Part shown: positions 1 to 10,359 of the stretch, one piece after another
How the letters are laid out: each line of letters begins with the position of its first letter
Numbering within the stretch: the first letter of the stretch is position 1
Assembly (NCBI GenBank): GCA_942493095.1
Contig: OW818675.1
Location: 2,220,001-2,252,000 of the forward strand
Direction: 5' to 3'
DNA from: Candidatus Electronema halotolerans
GTDB lineage: Bacteria; Desulfobacterota; Desulfobulbia; Desulfobulbales; Desulfobulbaceae
Length of the DNA: 32,000 nucleotides
Position numbers and translations under genes: made by a program
The notes under the pieces: generated by a model
Told to the model about the DNA's origin: nothing
The model's database searches: none
What the model saw: only the letters and a program-made list of their open reading frames with translations

Positions 1-134
1 GCATTGAGGAAATCGCTTGGCGGATGGGCTACATTGACGCAGAGCAGGTGGAGCAGATTGCCCAGCAGATGCTCAAGAATCAGTACGGCCAGTACCTGAT
101 GGCCATACTCAGGGAGGAGGGTGCGAAGCAATGA
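1..134 (+). CDS. rmlA: Glucose-1-phosphate thymidylyltransferase, C-terminal end only (partial at window edge)
   Basis: In-frame translation from nt 3: IEEIAWRMGYIDAEQVEQIAQQMLKNQYGQYLMAILREEGAKQ*, resembling the RmlA C-terminus (EEIAWRxGWID...YGQYLL); stop overlaps the rmlD ATG. Confidence 0.85.
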   Translation, partial: IEEIAWRMGYIDAEQVEQIAQQMLKNQYGQYLMAILREEGAKQ

Positions 135-1012
135 AGCTGCTGATCACTGGCGCGGGCGGGCAATTGGGGCAGGACTGCGTCCAGCTCATGCTTGACCGGC
201 ACGAAATTTGCGCCCTGACCTCGCGCCAGCTTGACATCACCCAAGCTGAGGCGGTGCGGGAAGCGGTGGCCTGCATCCGCCCGCAGGTGCTGATCAACTG
301 CGCCGCCTACACAGCTGTGGATGCCTGCGAGACAGAAACCGAACGCTGCATGGTGGTCAATGCCCACGGCCCGGCCCATCTTGCCGCAGCCTGCGCTGAG
401 TTCGGCAGCCGCTTGATTCATATTTCCACCGACTATGTTTTTGACGGCAGCAAGCCAGTGCCGCAGGCCTACACAGAAGAGGATGCGGTCGGGCCGGTCT
501 CCGCCTATGGCCGGAGCAAGCTGGCAGGCGAGCAGGCCATTGCCGAGCGGCTGGATGATTATCTTATTCTGCGCACGGCTTGGCTCTACGGCATGGGCAG
601 CGGCAATTTCCTCAAGACCATGCTGCGCTTGGCAGTCGCAAAGCGTCCGCTCCGGGTGGTGGATGATCAGCACGGCTCGCTGACTTGGACCGCCTCCTTG
701 GCCCGGCAGATCGAGCAGGTTTTAGACGGCGGCTTGTGCGGCATTGCCCATGCCACGGCAGAGGGACACTGCACCTGGTTTGAGGGGGCAAAGCATTTTC
801 TTGAGGCCATGCAAGTGGAGTTTTCCTTGGAACCTTGCGTCACTGCCGACTATCCCACGCCAGCCCGGCGGCCTGCCAATTCCATTCTGGCCAACCACCG
901 CCTGCAAGCGCATGGCCTGAACGTGATGCGCGACTGGCGGGCGGATGTGGATGATTTTGTCCGTCTGCACCGGGAGGAGCTGCTGCGGAGGGAACATGCT
1001 GGATTCAAGTGA
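131..1012 (+). CDS. rmlD: dTDP-4-dehydrorhamnose reductase
   Basis: N-terminal LLITGAGGQLGQD, ISTDYVFDG, YGRSKLAGE motifs; adjacent to rmlA. Confidence 0.95.
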   Translation: MKLLITGAGGQLGQDCVQLMLDRHEICALTSRQLDITQAEAVREAVACIRPQVLINCAAYTAVDACETETERCMVVNAHGPAHLAAACAEFGSRLIHISTDYVFDGSKPVPQAYTEEDAVGPVSAYGRSKLAGEQAIAERLDDYLILRTAWLYGMGSGNFLKTMLRLAVAKRPLRVVDDQHGSLTWTASLARQIEQVLDGGLCGIAHATAEGHCTWFEGAKHFLEAMQVEFSLEPCVTADYPTPARRPANSILANHRLQAHGLNVMRDWRADVDDFVRLHREELLRREHAGFK

Positions 1013-1263
1013 GCAGGGCATAGCCCATGATTTTCCATCAACCCCCTGTCAGTTTTTTCAAAGACCTCGGCCTGCTGTTGAGATTATCCACAGCACTCAG
1101 AACCTGCTGCACAGCAATGTCAAGCAGCTCCTGCCCTTCCTGTGAAAACGCGCTGCTTAACAATTGCCTTTCCCGGCAGCATCCTGTATTTTATTTTCAT
1201 CTGCCGGACATCATCTAAACTGCGCAGGGCAGTCTGTCCTTTTTTCAAACCTGCTGAAAAATC

Positions 1264-2304
1264 ATGCTGAACGTTGGCATTATCGGGGCTTCCGGCTACA
1301 CCGGAGTTGAACTGGCCCGCATTCTTTCCGATCATCCTGAAGTCCGGCTGACCGTGGCCACCTCGCGGCAGTTTGCCGGAAAACCGCTTTCCGAGGTCTT
1401 TCCCAACCTGCGCAAGCGGGTTGACCTGATCTGCGAAGACTTGACCCCAGAGCAGCTTGTTGACCGGGCTGATTTCTTTTTTGCCGCAGTGCCGCATAAG
1501 ACTGCGATGGCCTTGGTGCCGACCTTTTTGGCCGCAGGAAAAAAGGTGGTTGATCTGAGCGCGGATTTTCGCATCCGCGATGCAGCAGTGTATGAGCAAT
1601 GGTATCAGCCGCACAGCTGCCCGGAGCTGCTGGCCGAGGCAGTCTATGGTCTGCCGGAGCTGTATCGCGAGCAGGTGAAAAGCGCACGTCTGACAGCCAA
1701 TCCTGGCTGCTATCCGACCTCGATCATTCTCGGCTTGGCCCCCTTGCTGCGGGAAAAGCTGATCGACCCGGCCACTCTGATTGTTGACTCCAAGTCCGGC
1801 ACCTCTGGCGCGGGCCGTTCGCTCAATGTCGGCACCCTGTTCTGCGAGGTCACAGACGGCTTCCGGCCCTACAAAGTTGGCGGCGCGCACCGTCACATCC
1901 CGGAGATTGAGCAGGAGCTGTCCGCGCTGGCTGGCAGCGAGGTGATCATCTCCTTCACCCCGCACCTGCTGCCGATTTCACGCGGCATCCTCAGCACCAT
2001 CTACGCCAGCTTGAGCGGCAGCATCAGCGGGCAGGACATGCAGGACTTGTACGAAAGCGCCTATCAGGACGAGCTGTTTGTCCGCGTCTGTCCTGCCGGA
2101 ACCTTTCCGGCCACCCAGCATGTCCGGGGCAGCAACTGCTGCGACATTGGCGTGAAGATTGATCAGCGCACCGGGCGGGTGATTGTCATGTCAGCAATTG
2201 ACAACATTGCCAAAGGCGCGTCCGGCCAAGCAGTGCAGAACATGAACCTGATGAACGGCTTTGCCGAGGACTGCGCCATCCGGGGAGCCGCTTTCTTTCC
2301 GTGA
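1264..2304 (+). CDS. argC: N-acetyl-gamma-glutamyl-phosphate reductase
   Basis: [19 protein letters not shown], catalytic [17 protein letters not shown] motifs. Confidence 0.96.
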   Translation: MLNVGIIGASGYTGVELARILSDHPEVRLTVATSRQFAGKPLSEVFPNLRKRVDLICEDLTPEQLVDRADFFFAAVPHKTAMALVPTFLAAGKKVVDLSADFRIRDAAVYEQWYQPHSCPELLAEAVYGLPELYREQVKSARLTANPGCYPTSIILGLAPLLREKLIDPATLIVDSKSGTSGAGRSLNVGTLFCEVTDGFRPYKVGGAHRHIPEIEQELSALAGSEVIISFTPHLLPISRGILSTIYASLSGSISGQDMQDLYESAYQDELFVRVCPAGTFPATQHVRGSNCCDIGVKIDQRTGRVIVMSAIDNIAKGASGQAVQNMNLMNGFAEDCAIRGAAFFP

Positions 2305-3077
2305 AGCAGCGCAACATCCTTCTGCGCATCGCCTACGACGGCACCGGCTTCTGCGGCTGGCAGCGGCAGGAGAATGGACCGACCATTCAGGGGATTGTAG
2401 AGGAAAAGCTGGCGGTCATCATCAAGGAGCCGGTTGATGTCATCGGCGCGGGCCGCACTGATGCCGGGGTTCATGCCGAGGCTATGACTGCCAATTTCCG
2501 CACCAGCGCAGCCATGCCAGCACCGGCTTTTCAAAAGGCATTGAACGCCTTGCTGCCCAAGGCGGTGCGCATTTTGGAGAGCTGCGAAGTGCCGCCGGAT
2601 TTTCATGCCCGCTTCTCCGCTGTCGGCAAAACCTACCGCTACGACTTTTTCACCGGCGCAGTGCAGAATCCTGCTGAACGCCTTTACCGAACCCACACGC
2701 CCTGCCGTTTCTCCCCAGAACAGGTGCGGCCCTGCTTGGAACTGCTCCTTGGCAGCCATGATTTTTCCAGCTTTGAGGCGGTCGGCAGCCGTGACCGCAG
2801 CCGCACCACAGGCCGGGGCGCAGTGCGGACCCTCTTTCTCGCCGAATGCGTGGCCGATGCCGCCCGGCCTGAGCACTTCTCCTTCCGCTTCAGCGGGGAC
2901 GGCTTTCTCCGCCAGATGGTGCGCAATCTGGCCGGAACCTTGCTCTGGGCCGGGGCGGGCCGCCTGAGCAGCGCAGATTTTGCCGCGATTTTCTCGGCAA
3001 AAGACCGCAGGCAGGCTGCTCCGACCGCTCCGGCCTGCGGTCTGTTCTTAGAGAACGTGCAGTATCCGGCAAGATAA
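2301..3077 (+). CDS. truA: tRNA pseudouridine(38-40) synthase
   Basis: [36 protein letters not shown] motifs; GTG start overlapping the argC stop. Confidence 0.96.
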   Translation: MKQRNILLRIAYDGTGFCGWQRQENGPTIQGIVEEKLAVIIKEPVDVIGAGRTDAGVHAEAMTANFRTSAAMPAPAFQKALNALLPKAVRILESCEVPPDFHARFSAVGKTYRYDFFTGAVQNPAERLYRTHTPCRFSPEQVRPCLELLLGSHDFSSFEAVGSRDRSRTTGRGAVRTLFLAECVADAARPEHFSFRFSGDGFLRQMVRNLAGTLLWAGAGRLSSADFAAIFSAKDRRQAAPTAPACGLFLENVQYPAR

Positions 3078-3386
3078 AAAACTCGACCGCCTGTCAGTCT
3101 GAGCGGCAATGACCGCCACGCTGTGACTGCGGAAAGCAGCTATGCAGCTTCTTGATTTGCCGTCTGAAAAAACAGCGTCATGCAGAACTGGCCGCTGCTG
3201 GGCTTGTCTGGAAACCTGCCGCATTTCTGGGCAGCTAAGAAAAAAAATTGATTTCGGGTGCAGATATGCTATCCTTAATAACGGGGCTGGACAGGAATTG
3301 CTCCAGCGGAGCAGTCCGGTTCGGACCGGAGAGAACATCATCATTTTCCAAGCACTTTTCATGACGGTCGGACAAGCTGTCCTTTC

Positions 3387-5165
3387 ATGTCTTCTGATAT
3401 ATCAAAAATTCTGATTGTTGACGACGACCTGCTCTTTGTCAACGATCTCTATGAACTGCTGAAAATCTACGATCAGTTCGACGTGCAGACCGCCACCAGC
3501 CGGGGCGAGGAGCTTTTCCTGCTCAAGCAGGAAAAAATCGCGGTGCTGGTGGTCAACCTGCAAACCTCCAGCTTAGACGGTCTGGAGGTGCTCTCGCTTG
3601 TCTCCACGTCGTACAGGCATATTCAGTGCATCGTCATGATCAATGACGGGCATCCTGCCCAGCTAAGAGCCTTGGAGAATTGCCCCTGCAAAGACTCCGT
3701 GTTCCGCTGCCTTGTCAAGCCTGACAATCTGGAGGTCATTGGTTGCGCTATTTTGGAAAGCCTGCAACGGCTGGATGAGAACGACTATCAGCCAGGCATC
3801 ACGGCCAACAAAATTGTCTCTTTTTTTGAAATTCTGCAACGAACCGCCAGAATTTCCGTCCGTTTCGGCACCAAAAAGCACGCCCTGCTCGACTTTCACA
3901 ACGGCCAGTTGATCAACTCGATCTGCGAGAAAAAACAAGGTATTGAGGCGGCCTTGGAGGTTTTTGACTGGCCGCCGCTCGGCTTTATTATTGAAAACGG
4001 GGAACCAGGCCTGGAGCGGACCATCCATCAGAAGGACCTTGAGACAATTCGGATCACCTCAAGATTGAAAAGGGAGGCTGCTCAACAAAAAAGCGGCGCA
4101 GGAGAAGAGGGGATGAGCAAGTCGGAGCAGAAGATCAGCCTGTTCATTGTTGACGACTCCAAAATGATGCGGAAAGTGATCGCCAGCATTTTCAAGGATG
4201 ATCCCTTTGTGCAGGTGGTCGGCGAGGCGGAGAACGGCGAGGAGGCGTTGCAGCTCATTCCCCAGCTTAAACCGGACGTGGTCACGCTGGATGTGGAAAT
4301 GCCAGTCATGGACGGTCTGACCACTATCAAGCATTTGATGATTCAGTCGCCCACCCCGACCGTGATGCTCAGTTCCATGACCCAGGACGGCGCGGCAGTC
4401 ACCTTTGACGCGCTTAAATATGGGGCCGTGGATTTTGTCGCCAAGCCCTCCCGCAATGCTTCGGTTGATCTGGCCGAACAGACAAGGGAAATTGCCCGCA
4501 AGGTGCATTTAGCCTCAGAAGTGGAGCTGGATGCGGTGCGCTATGTCCGGGCGGTGAACAAGGACAAGCAGGCTCGTTTTCCGTCCGGCACCCGCTGCGA
4601 AAAAATTGTCGCCATTGGCGCAGCAGAGGGCGGCTATGGCGCCATGCTCAAAATCCTGCCGCATCTTTCCCCTGAAATTCCTGCGGCCTATTTGGTCATG
4701 TTCTACGCCTCGTCCAAGCATCTGGATTCCTTTGTTGAATACATGGATCGCTTCTCGCCGCTGCGGATCCGGCGGGCGGCCAATAACATCCGCTTGGAGG
4801 CCGGGGTCTGTTATTTTGCCTCTGGCGAGGAATATCTGACCGTGCATGAACGGGAGGACGGCCTGATTCTGCATCTCTCCGCCGCTCCGTTCGCCACTCA
4901 GCGCGGCTCCATCAACATGCTCTTTTTTTCTGTGGCTGAGGTGATACGGGATGATGCGGTGGCGGTCATTCTTTCCGGCGTGGGCGAAGACGGCACCGAA
5001 GGCATGGCCGAAATTTTGCGGGTGGGCGGCGCAGGCATTGTCCAAGATCCCTCCGGCTGCCTGTACCGTGACATGCCGTGGTCGGTGTCAGCACATTGCC
5101 GGGAGGCCGCTGTGCTGCCGGACGGAGAAATATCGGACACCATCAACGGCATTCTGGCGGCATGA
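3387..5165 (+). CDS. Multidomain regulator: pseudo-receiver, DUF4388-like, receiver, CheB-like domain with degenerate active site
   Basis: 592 aa. First receiver has Asn in place of the phospho-acceptor Asp (VLVVN57LQTSSLDG); second receiver intact (VVTLD302VEMPVMDG, VAKP); C-terminal CheB-like fold signature KIVAIGAAEGG...YLVMFYAS...VILSGVGEDGTEGM with catalytic Ser->Ala and His->Tyr. Confidence 0.85.
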   Translation: MSSDISKILIVDDDLLFVNDLYELLKIYDQFDVQTATSRGEELFLLKQEKIAVLVVNLQTSSLDGLEVLSLVSTSYRHIQCIVMINDGHPAQLRALENCPCKDSVFRCLVKPDNLEVIGCAILESLQRLDENDYQPGITANKIVSFFEILQRTARISVRFGTKKHALLDFHNGQLINSICEKKQGIEAALEVFDWPPLGFIIENGEPGLERTIHQKDLETIRITSRLKREAAQQKSGAGEEGMSKSEQKISLFIVDDSKMMRKVIASIFKDDPFVQVVGEAENGEEALQLIPQLKPDVVTLDVEMPVMDGLTTIKHLMIQSPTPTVMLSSMTQDGAAVTFDALKYGAVDFVAKPSRNASVDLAEQTREIARKVHLASEVELDAVRYVRAVNKDKQARFPSGTRCEKIVAIGAAEGGYGAMLKILPHLSPEIPAAYLVMFYASSKHLDSFVEYMDRFSPLRIRRAANNIRLEAGVCYFASGEEYLTVHEREDGLILHLSAAPFATQRGSINMLFFSVAEVIRDDAVAVILSGVGEDGTEGMAEILRVGGAGIVQDPSGCLYRDMPWSVSAHCREAAVLPDGEISDTINGILAA

Positions 5166-5309
5166 TGCCTTGGTGATTGCCACACCCCTGCGCACAAATT
5201 CATGGCGGAAAAACGCATTCCCCGCAACAGCAGACTTGCGGAAAATCGAATATCTCAATATAAATAGAAGCAACGTAATTTTTTTTTAACAGGAGGCTGG
5301 AGAAACAAC

Positions 5310-5423
5310 ATGGACGTGCGGCTGAGAGGAGCTTCCTGCGGCGGACGCAGGCAGCAGACAAAGGGCGGGCCGGTCTGTCGGTCTGCGGTTTTGAAACAGA
5401 GATTGAAGGAGAGGCAAGCATGA
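5310..5423 (+). CDS. Possible 37-aa basic leader peptide, translationally coupled (ATGA) to the MCP
   Basis: ATG preceded by aacaggaggctggagaaacaac; reads [37 protein letters not shown]; its TGA overlaps the MCP ATG. Not in the supplied ORF track (short). Confidence 0.35.
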   Translation: MDVRLRGASCGGRRQQTKGGPVCRSAVLKQRLKERQA

Positions 5424-8400
5424 AAAGAACGCAGCGATTCACCACCACGGGCTGGGGACTCCGGGGAAAGCTGGTCGCCCTGCTCCTTGTCATTGGACTG
5501 CTCCCCTTCGCCATCAGCGCGTTGGTTTCCTACTATCAGTCCTCCAACGCGCTTGTCCAAGCCGCGCAGGAGAGGCTGGAGGCCCTCCGGCAGCTCAAAA
5601 AAAATCAGATTAACAGCTACCTGACCGAGCGTGCGAACGACATCAGCACCTTGGCGGAAATTGTCCATTCGCTCCGTGCTGACGCTATTGCCAAGAACAA
5701 CGCGCTCATGGCGACCAAGAGAGCCGCGCTTGAACGGTACTTTGGCAAGCGTTTTGCTGAGATTCAAGGCATCGCCGACAGTCCGACCACAGTCAGCGCC
5801 ATGCAGGAGTTCAACAGCACCTTCCATGAGGAGGGCGACCGGGTTGGCGGCAGCATGTGGAACGGCTACAAGGAGAAGTACGCGCCGTGGTACAATGTCT
5901 ATTTGGACAAGCATGGCTACCATGACGTGTATCTGATTGATTCGGACGGCAACATCGTCTTCACTGCCGCCGGACTGGCTGACTTGGGCCAGAACGTGCT
6001 CAGAGGCTCGCTCAAGGAGTCCGGTCTGGGCCGTCTCTTTGCCAAGGCCACGAAAGAGCCGATCTTGGAGGACTATACCTCGTATGCTCCGGCAGGCAAC
6101 AAGCAGGTCATGTTCGTTGGCGCGCCGGTCATGGCCGATGGCGCGGTCATCGGCGTGGCCGCCCTCCAGCTCTCCACGGCTGAGATCAACGGCATCGTGC
6201 AGGAGCGCGAGGGCATGCGTTCCTCGTTTGAGACCTTCCTCGTTGGTGACAAAGCCAATCCGACCCTGCGCAGTGACCGCGTGGTCAATGCAGGTAAAAT
6301 CGGCGATCCCAAAAACGATCCCAAAAACGACAAGGAGTCGTACGAAGTTCTGTCCGGCAAGAGCGGTGTTGAATACAAGGTCGGCCCGCAAGGCGAGTTC
6401 CAGATCGCGGTTTATGAACCGGTCAATCTGCCGGGCCTGAACTGGGGCCTGGTCACCACAGGCACCTTTGCTGAGGCGGTTGTGCCGCAGGCGGCAGGCG
6501 AGGCTGACGACCTGCTGACCAAGGTCATGAAGGCCTATAACTACTATGACATCTTCCTGATCGACCCGACTGGCTTCATTTTCTACTCTGGTAAAAAAGA
6601 GGCTGACTTTGAGACCAATATCATGACCGGCAAGTACAGCAGCAGCAACTTGGGCCGGATAATCAACAAAGTTGCCAGCACCAGAAAGCTCCAATTTGCC
6701 GACTTTGAGCGCTATGCCCCGTCAGACAACGCCCCTGCCTCCTTCATGGCCGGGCCGGTTCTTGACAAGGGCGAGCTGGTGGCCATCTTTGCCGTGCAGC
6801 TGCCGACCTCGGACATCAACGAGATCATGACTGAGGCCACTGGTCTGGGTGAGACGGGTGAGACTTATTTGGTCGGCCCGGACAAGGTACTCCGGTCTGA
6901 CTCCCGTCTGGTCACTGATGCCAAAATTCTGACCAAAGAGATTGACACGAAGGCAACCCAGGCTGCGTTGAATGAGCGCAAGAGCGGTGTTGACATGATC
7001 ACCGACTACCGGGGCAAGGAGGTTCTTTCCGCTTATGCGCCGCTGGATTTGAAAGATGTTGTTGGCGCGGATTTTGAGTGGGCCATCCTCGCTGAGGTTG
7101 ACACTGCCGAGGCTCTTGCCGCTGCCAACCGGATTCGTAACTACTCCATCATCGGTGCTCTTGTCATTGGTCTTGTCGTGGCCATGCTGGCGTGGTTCAT
7201 CGGTGGCGCATTTGCCGCGCCCATCGTCTCCATCGCCGAAGTTGTCCGGCAGGTTGCTGCGGAGCGGGATTTGACCCTTGAGGTGCCTGTCGCTTCGGGT
7301 GACGAGGTCGGGCAGATGGCTGCTGAGTTCAACGCCATGCTCGCCGAGTTGAACAAATCCTTCCGCGAGGTTGAGCAGGTGTCGCAGAGGGTTGCCCGCA
7401 ACGCTCAGGACGTGGCAGGCCGCGCTTCTGCCAACCGTGACCGTGCTGAGATCGAGGTGAAGCAGTCTGAGAAAACTCGTGAGCTGATTCAAACAATGGG
7501 TTCCACGGCGGCGCAGGTTGCTGACGGTGCCCGCGCCCAGCAGCAATCAGCCCAGAAATCCCAGCGCACCATTGCCGAGCTGCTCAGTTCGATGAACACA
7601 GTTAGCGCGGCGGTTATCAAGCAGTCTGAAGAGGCCGAGACTGCCACCGACCGTGTGGCCGCAATGGGTCAGACAGGTGCGATGGTTGTGGCGACCTCTG
7701 GTGAGCAGGGCAAGATGGTTATGCAGGTGACTGCCTCCATGAACGAGATCACCTCTGCTGTACGGAACATGGGCAAGGCGGTTGACGATGCCACCCAGCA
7801 GGGTCAGGAATCGCTCAAGGCCGCCAACCAGGGTCGTGTTGCGGTTGAAAACACAGTTGCTGGTATGCGCGCCATTGCTGACTCCTCCGGTCAGATTTCT
7901 GAAATCATCGGCGTTATCACCGAGATCGCGGAGCAGACCAACTTGCTGGCTCTGAACGCCGCGATTGAGGCCGCCCGTGCCGGCGCGCATGGTAAAGGTT
8001 TCGCGGTTGTTGCGGACGAGGTTGGTAAGCTGGCCCAGCGTTCCTCTGAAGCTGCCAAGGAGATCACCCAGCTGATCAAGGACTCCACGGCCAAGGTTGA
8101 GGAGGGTACTCGCTATTCCGAGGAACTTCAAGGCGCGCTGGCATTGATTGACTCCAGCGGTCGTAACAACATGAAGTCAATTGAGGAAATCGCCTCGGTT
8201 GCCCAGGTTGTGGAGCGGGATATTCAGAGTGTTCAGGGCTTGGTTCAGGAGCTGAACAAACTGGCCGAGCAGATCTCGAAAATGGCTGGTGAGCAGGGTG
8301 ACCGTCGTAAAGCTGCTGAGGGTGCTCTCTCGTCCATGGTGCAGCAGTCTCAGATCATCAGTGCGCTGGTTGCTGAAGCCACCGCAGGCTCGTCCGCGAT

Positions 8401-8620
8401 TGACGGCGAGATGCGCGAGATTGTGACCCGCACTGAAAAGCTGACCGAAATGGTCGCGGCCCAGCGGGAGCGTTCCGCCAACGCGACCAAGATTGCCCAG
8501 CAGTCGTTCGAGGGTGCGCAGAAAACGGTGGAAGGAGCTGGTGTGGTTGTGTCGATTACCGACGATCTGACAAGTGCTTCCGCAAGGCTGCGGGAGCAGG
8601 TTGAGCAGTTCAAGCTGTAA
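5420..8620 (+). CDS. Methyl-accepting chemotaxis protein with two tandem Cache-like sensor modules, HAMP and MCP signalling domain
   Basis: 1066 aa; N-terminal TM ([19 protein letters not shown]), second [26 protein letters not shown], signalling tip [47 protein letters not shown]; RBS gaaggagag. Confidence 0.95.
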   Translation: MKRTQRFTTTGWGLRGKLVALLLVIGLLPFAISALVSYYQSSNALVQAAQERLEALRQLKKNQINSYLTERANDISTLAEIVHSLRADAIAKNNALMATKRAALERYFGKRFAEIQGIADSPTTVSAMQEFNSTFHEEGDRVGGSMWNGYKEKYAPWYNVYLDKHGYHDVYLIDSDGNIVFTAAGLADLGQNVLRGSLKESGLGRLFAKATKEPILEDYTSYAPAGNKQVMFVGAPVMADGAVIGVAALQLSTAEINGIVQEREGMRSSFETFLVGDKANPTLRSDRVVNAGKIGDPKNDPKNDKESYEVLSGKSGVEYKVGPQGEFQIAVYEPVNLPGLNWGLVTTGTFAEAVVPQAAGEADDLLTKVMKAYNYYDIFLIDPTGFIFYSGKKEADFETNIMTGKYSSSNLGRIINKVASTRKLQFADFERYAPSDNAPASFMAGPVLDKGELVAIFAVQLPTSDINEIMTEATGLGETGETYLVGPDKVLRSDSRLVTDAKILTKEIDTKATQAALNERKSGVDMITDYRGKEVLSAYAPLDLKDVVGADFEWAILAEVDTAEALAAANRIRNYSIIGALVIGLVVAMLAWFIGGAFAAPIVSIAEVVRQVAAERDLTLEVPVASGDEVGQMAAEFNAMLAELNKSFREVEQVSQRVARNAQDVAGRASANRDRAEIEVKQSEKTRELIQTMGSTAAQVADGARAQQQSAQKSQRTIAELLSSMNTVSAAVIKQSEEAETATDRVAAMGQTGAMVVATSGEQGKMVMQVTASMNEITSAVRNMGKAVDDATQQGQESLKAANQGRVAVENTVAGMRAIADSSGQISEIIGVITEIAEQTNLLALNAAIEAARAGAHGKGFAVVADEVGKLAQRSSEAAKEITQLIKDSTAKVEEGTRYSEELQGALALIDSSGRNNMKSIEEIASVAQVVERDIQSVQGLVQELNKLAEQISKMAGEQGDRRKAAEGALSSMVQQSQIISALVAEATAGSSAIDGEMREIVTRTEKLTEMVAAQRERSANATKIAQQSFEGAQKTVEGAGVVVSITDDLTSASARLREQVEQFKL

Positions 8621-8636
8621 TCCGCCTGTCCGCCGC

Positions 8637-8670
8637 GCTCCGCGTCTGTCTGTTCCGGCAGGCGCGGAGC
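8637..8670 (+). other. Intercistronic stem-loop between MCP and cheW
   Basis: GCTCCGCG (8637-8644) pairs perfectly with CGCGGAGC (8663-8670), 18-nt loop; no T-run follows, so not an obvious intrinsic terminator. Confidence 0.5.
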
Positions 8671-8736
8671 AGCATGTTTTCACTTGGTAAAAAACGTTAA
8701 ATTCTGCGGAATGCCGCGCAACAAGGAGACCAATTC

Positions 8737-9249
8737 ATGGCTGAAGGATTTGCAGCCGACAGGACAGCTGACCGGGAAGAAAAAGAACAGCTCATGCAGC
8801 TGGTCGGCTTCACCATCGGCAAGGAACAGTTTGGCGTTGACATACTCATGGTGCAGGAGATCATCCGCTCCGCTCCGATCACCTCAGTGCCCAATTCTCC
8901 AGACTTTATTGAAGGAGTCATCAACCTTCGCGGCAACATCATTCCGGTCATTGAGCTGCGCAAGCGGCTGGGGCTTTTTCGGAAGGAGAGCGCGACTAAG
9001 GATTCTTGGATTCTGATTCTCGACATTGATGGCCGGGTCACGGGCTTTATTGTCGATTCCGTGACCAAGGTTCTGAAAATTATGGAAAGCACAATTGAGC
9101 CGCCGCCCGAGGTGGTCATGGCCGGTCTGGCCAACCGCTACATCAAAGGCGTTTGCGATATTGGCAACGCCCTCCTCATCCTCCTTGATTTCAACCGGAT
9201 TCTGATGGCGGATGAATTACGGAAGCTCAGTTCAATCAGCGGAGAATAG
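8737..9249 (+). CDS. cheW: CheW-like coupling protein
   Basis: LVGFTIGKEQFGVDILMVQEIIR...VPNSPDFIEGVINLRGNIIPVIELRKRLGL, typical CheW. Confidence 0.93.
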   Translation: MAEGFAADRTADREEKEQLMQLVGFTIGKEQFGVDILMVQEIIRSAPITSVPNSPDFIEGVINLRGNIIPVIELRKRLGLFRKESATKDSWILILDIDGRVTGFIVDSVTKVLKIMESTIEPPPEVVMAGLANRYIKGVCDIGNALLILLDFNRILMADELRKLSSISGE

Positions 9250-9255
9250 ATCAAG

Positions 9256-9621
9256 ATGAGCAAACGGGTTCTGGTTGTCGATGACTCTTCGATGATGCGC
9301 AAGATGATTGTCAAGCTGCTCCAGCCGCCAGGGCACATTGTCGTCGGGCAGGCCAAGAACGGCATCGAGGCCATCCAGCTCTACAAGGAGTTGAAGCCGG
9401 ATATTGTGACTATGGATATCACCATGCGCGACATGGACGGACTTGAGGCGGCCAAGGAGATTCTCCGCCACGACAAGGATGCCCATATCATCTTTCTCTC
9501 CAATTTGGATGAGGAGATTTACCGGGCTGAGGTGGAGAAGCTCGGCGCGCTCGGTTTTGCCAGCAAGCACAAGGCCAAAGAGATTCTGGAAATGATTGAG
9601 GAGGAGGACGGAAAGCACTGA
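9256..9621 (+). CDS. cheY: Single-domain response regulator (CheY-like)
   Basis: RVLVVDDSSMMRKMI, IVTMDITMRDMDGLEA; stand-alone receiver next to cheW/cheA. Confidence 0.92.
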   Translation: MSKRVLVVDDSSMMRKMIVKLLQPPGHIVVGQAKNGIEAIQLYKELKPDIVTMDITMRDMDGLEAAKEILRHDKDAHIIFLSNLDEEIYRAEVEKLGALGFASKHKAKEILEMIEEEDGKH

Positions 9622-9623
9622 GG

Positions 9624-10268
9624 ATGGATGGGGAGGAGCGGCTGCCGCCTCAGAACGGCGGCCCCGCGCATCTGAAGAAACCTTGTCACGGATTTTCGCC
9701 TATGTCCACCTTGTTCCGGGCGGCAGAGAGCCTGAGCCTGAAGACGAGGGCCTTTTTTTTCTATGGCCTGACCGTCCTGCTGACCCTGCTTGCCGCAGCC
9801 GGGGTTGTCTATGAACACGGCCTGACTCTGCTGCTGCTCGCACTGCTCATAGCTGTTCAGACTGCGGCCTTGTTTGTTTTTCATCATTATGTGCTCAAGC
9901 CGCTTGCCCATGTCCATGCCGCCACCCGGCAGATGACAGACGGCCATCTGGACATCTTGGCCCGCATCGCCCGGCAGGATGAGATAGGCCGTCTGGGAGA
10001 GAGCATCAATGATCTGGCAGTTAACATGCAGGAAGTGCTGCTTTTTGTCTGGAACCACAGTCAGCAGAGCCGCGAACTGTTCGACCAGACCGCTGAACGG
10101 CTGGCTGCGCCGGAGCCGCTGCCGACCATTCAGGATAATTTAAAAAAAATGCGCCAGAACAACGAAGATTTGAAGGCCATTGTCCTGTCCTTCAGTTATT
10201 TTGAGATCCGGCTGGAGCATGAACGGATGCTGGCCGAATCTGACTGCGGCAATGACGGACAGGGCTGA
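9624..10268 (+). CDS. Membrane protein with TM region and HAMP-like domain but no output domain
   Basis: Hydrophobic segments AFFFYGLTVLLTLLAAAGVVYEH and LTLLLLALLIAVQTAALFVFHH, then YVLKPLAHVHAATRQMTDGHLDILARIARQDEIGRLGESINDLAVNM (HAMP-like). Start uncertain (alternative ATG at 9702). Confidence 0.7.
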   Translation: MDGEERLPPQNGGPAHLKKPCHGFSPMSTLFRAAESLSLKTRAFFFYGLTVLLTLLAAAGVVYEHGLTLLLLALLIAVQTAALFVFHHYVLKPLAHVHAATRQMTDGHLDILARIARQDEIGRLGESINDLAVNMQEVLLFVWNHSQQSRELFDQTAERLAAPEPLPTIQDNLKKMRQNNEDLKAIVLSFSYFEIRLEHERMLAESDCGNDGQG

Positions 10269-10359
10269 AAAAAAAGAGAACGCAGCGCAGCAGCCAGCAA
10301 GAGTCGCGCCGGAGAGGCCGTAACAACTCGGATTGTCAAACTGTACCAGGGTGATCAAG

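Noticed and set aside
1084-1092. Perfect DnaA box TTATCCACA in the rmlD-argC gap
   Set aside because: A single 9-mer with no cluster of boxes, no dnaA/dnaN/parA-origin context; chance occurrence is plausible.
1120-1965. 281-aa minus-strand ORF overlapping argC
   Set aside because: Antisense to a confidently identified argC; no motif.
2163-2876. 237-aa minus-strand ORF over argC/truA
   Set aside because: Antisense shadow of two real genes.
3200-3386. Possible c-di-GMP riboswitch upstream of the regulatory locus
   Set aside because: The short hairpins present do not match the GEMM consensus elements I know; no basis for calling a known riboswitch.
3142-3414. Cys-containing 90-aa ORF in the truA/CheB-like intergenic region (overlapping the opposite 3048-3362 ORF)
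   Set aside because: No convincing RBS or motif, overlaps the next gene start; cannot be supported without conservation data.
5255-6694. 479-aa minus-strand ORF
   Set aside because: Fully antisense to the MCP gene, whose protein has clear domain motifs; translation has no recognisable motif. Shadow ORF in high-GC coding DNA.
7547-8131. Minus-strand ORFs antisense to the MCP signalling domain (also 6722-7546 and 8177-8683)
   Set aside because: Mirror the codon structure of the conserved MCP domain; no independent evidence.
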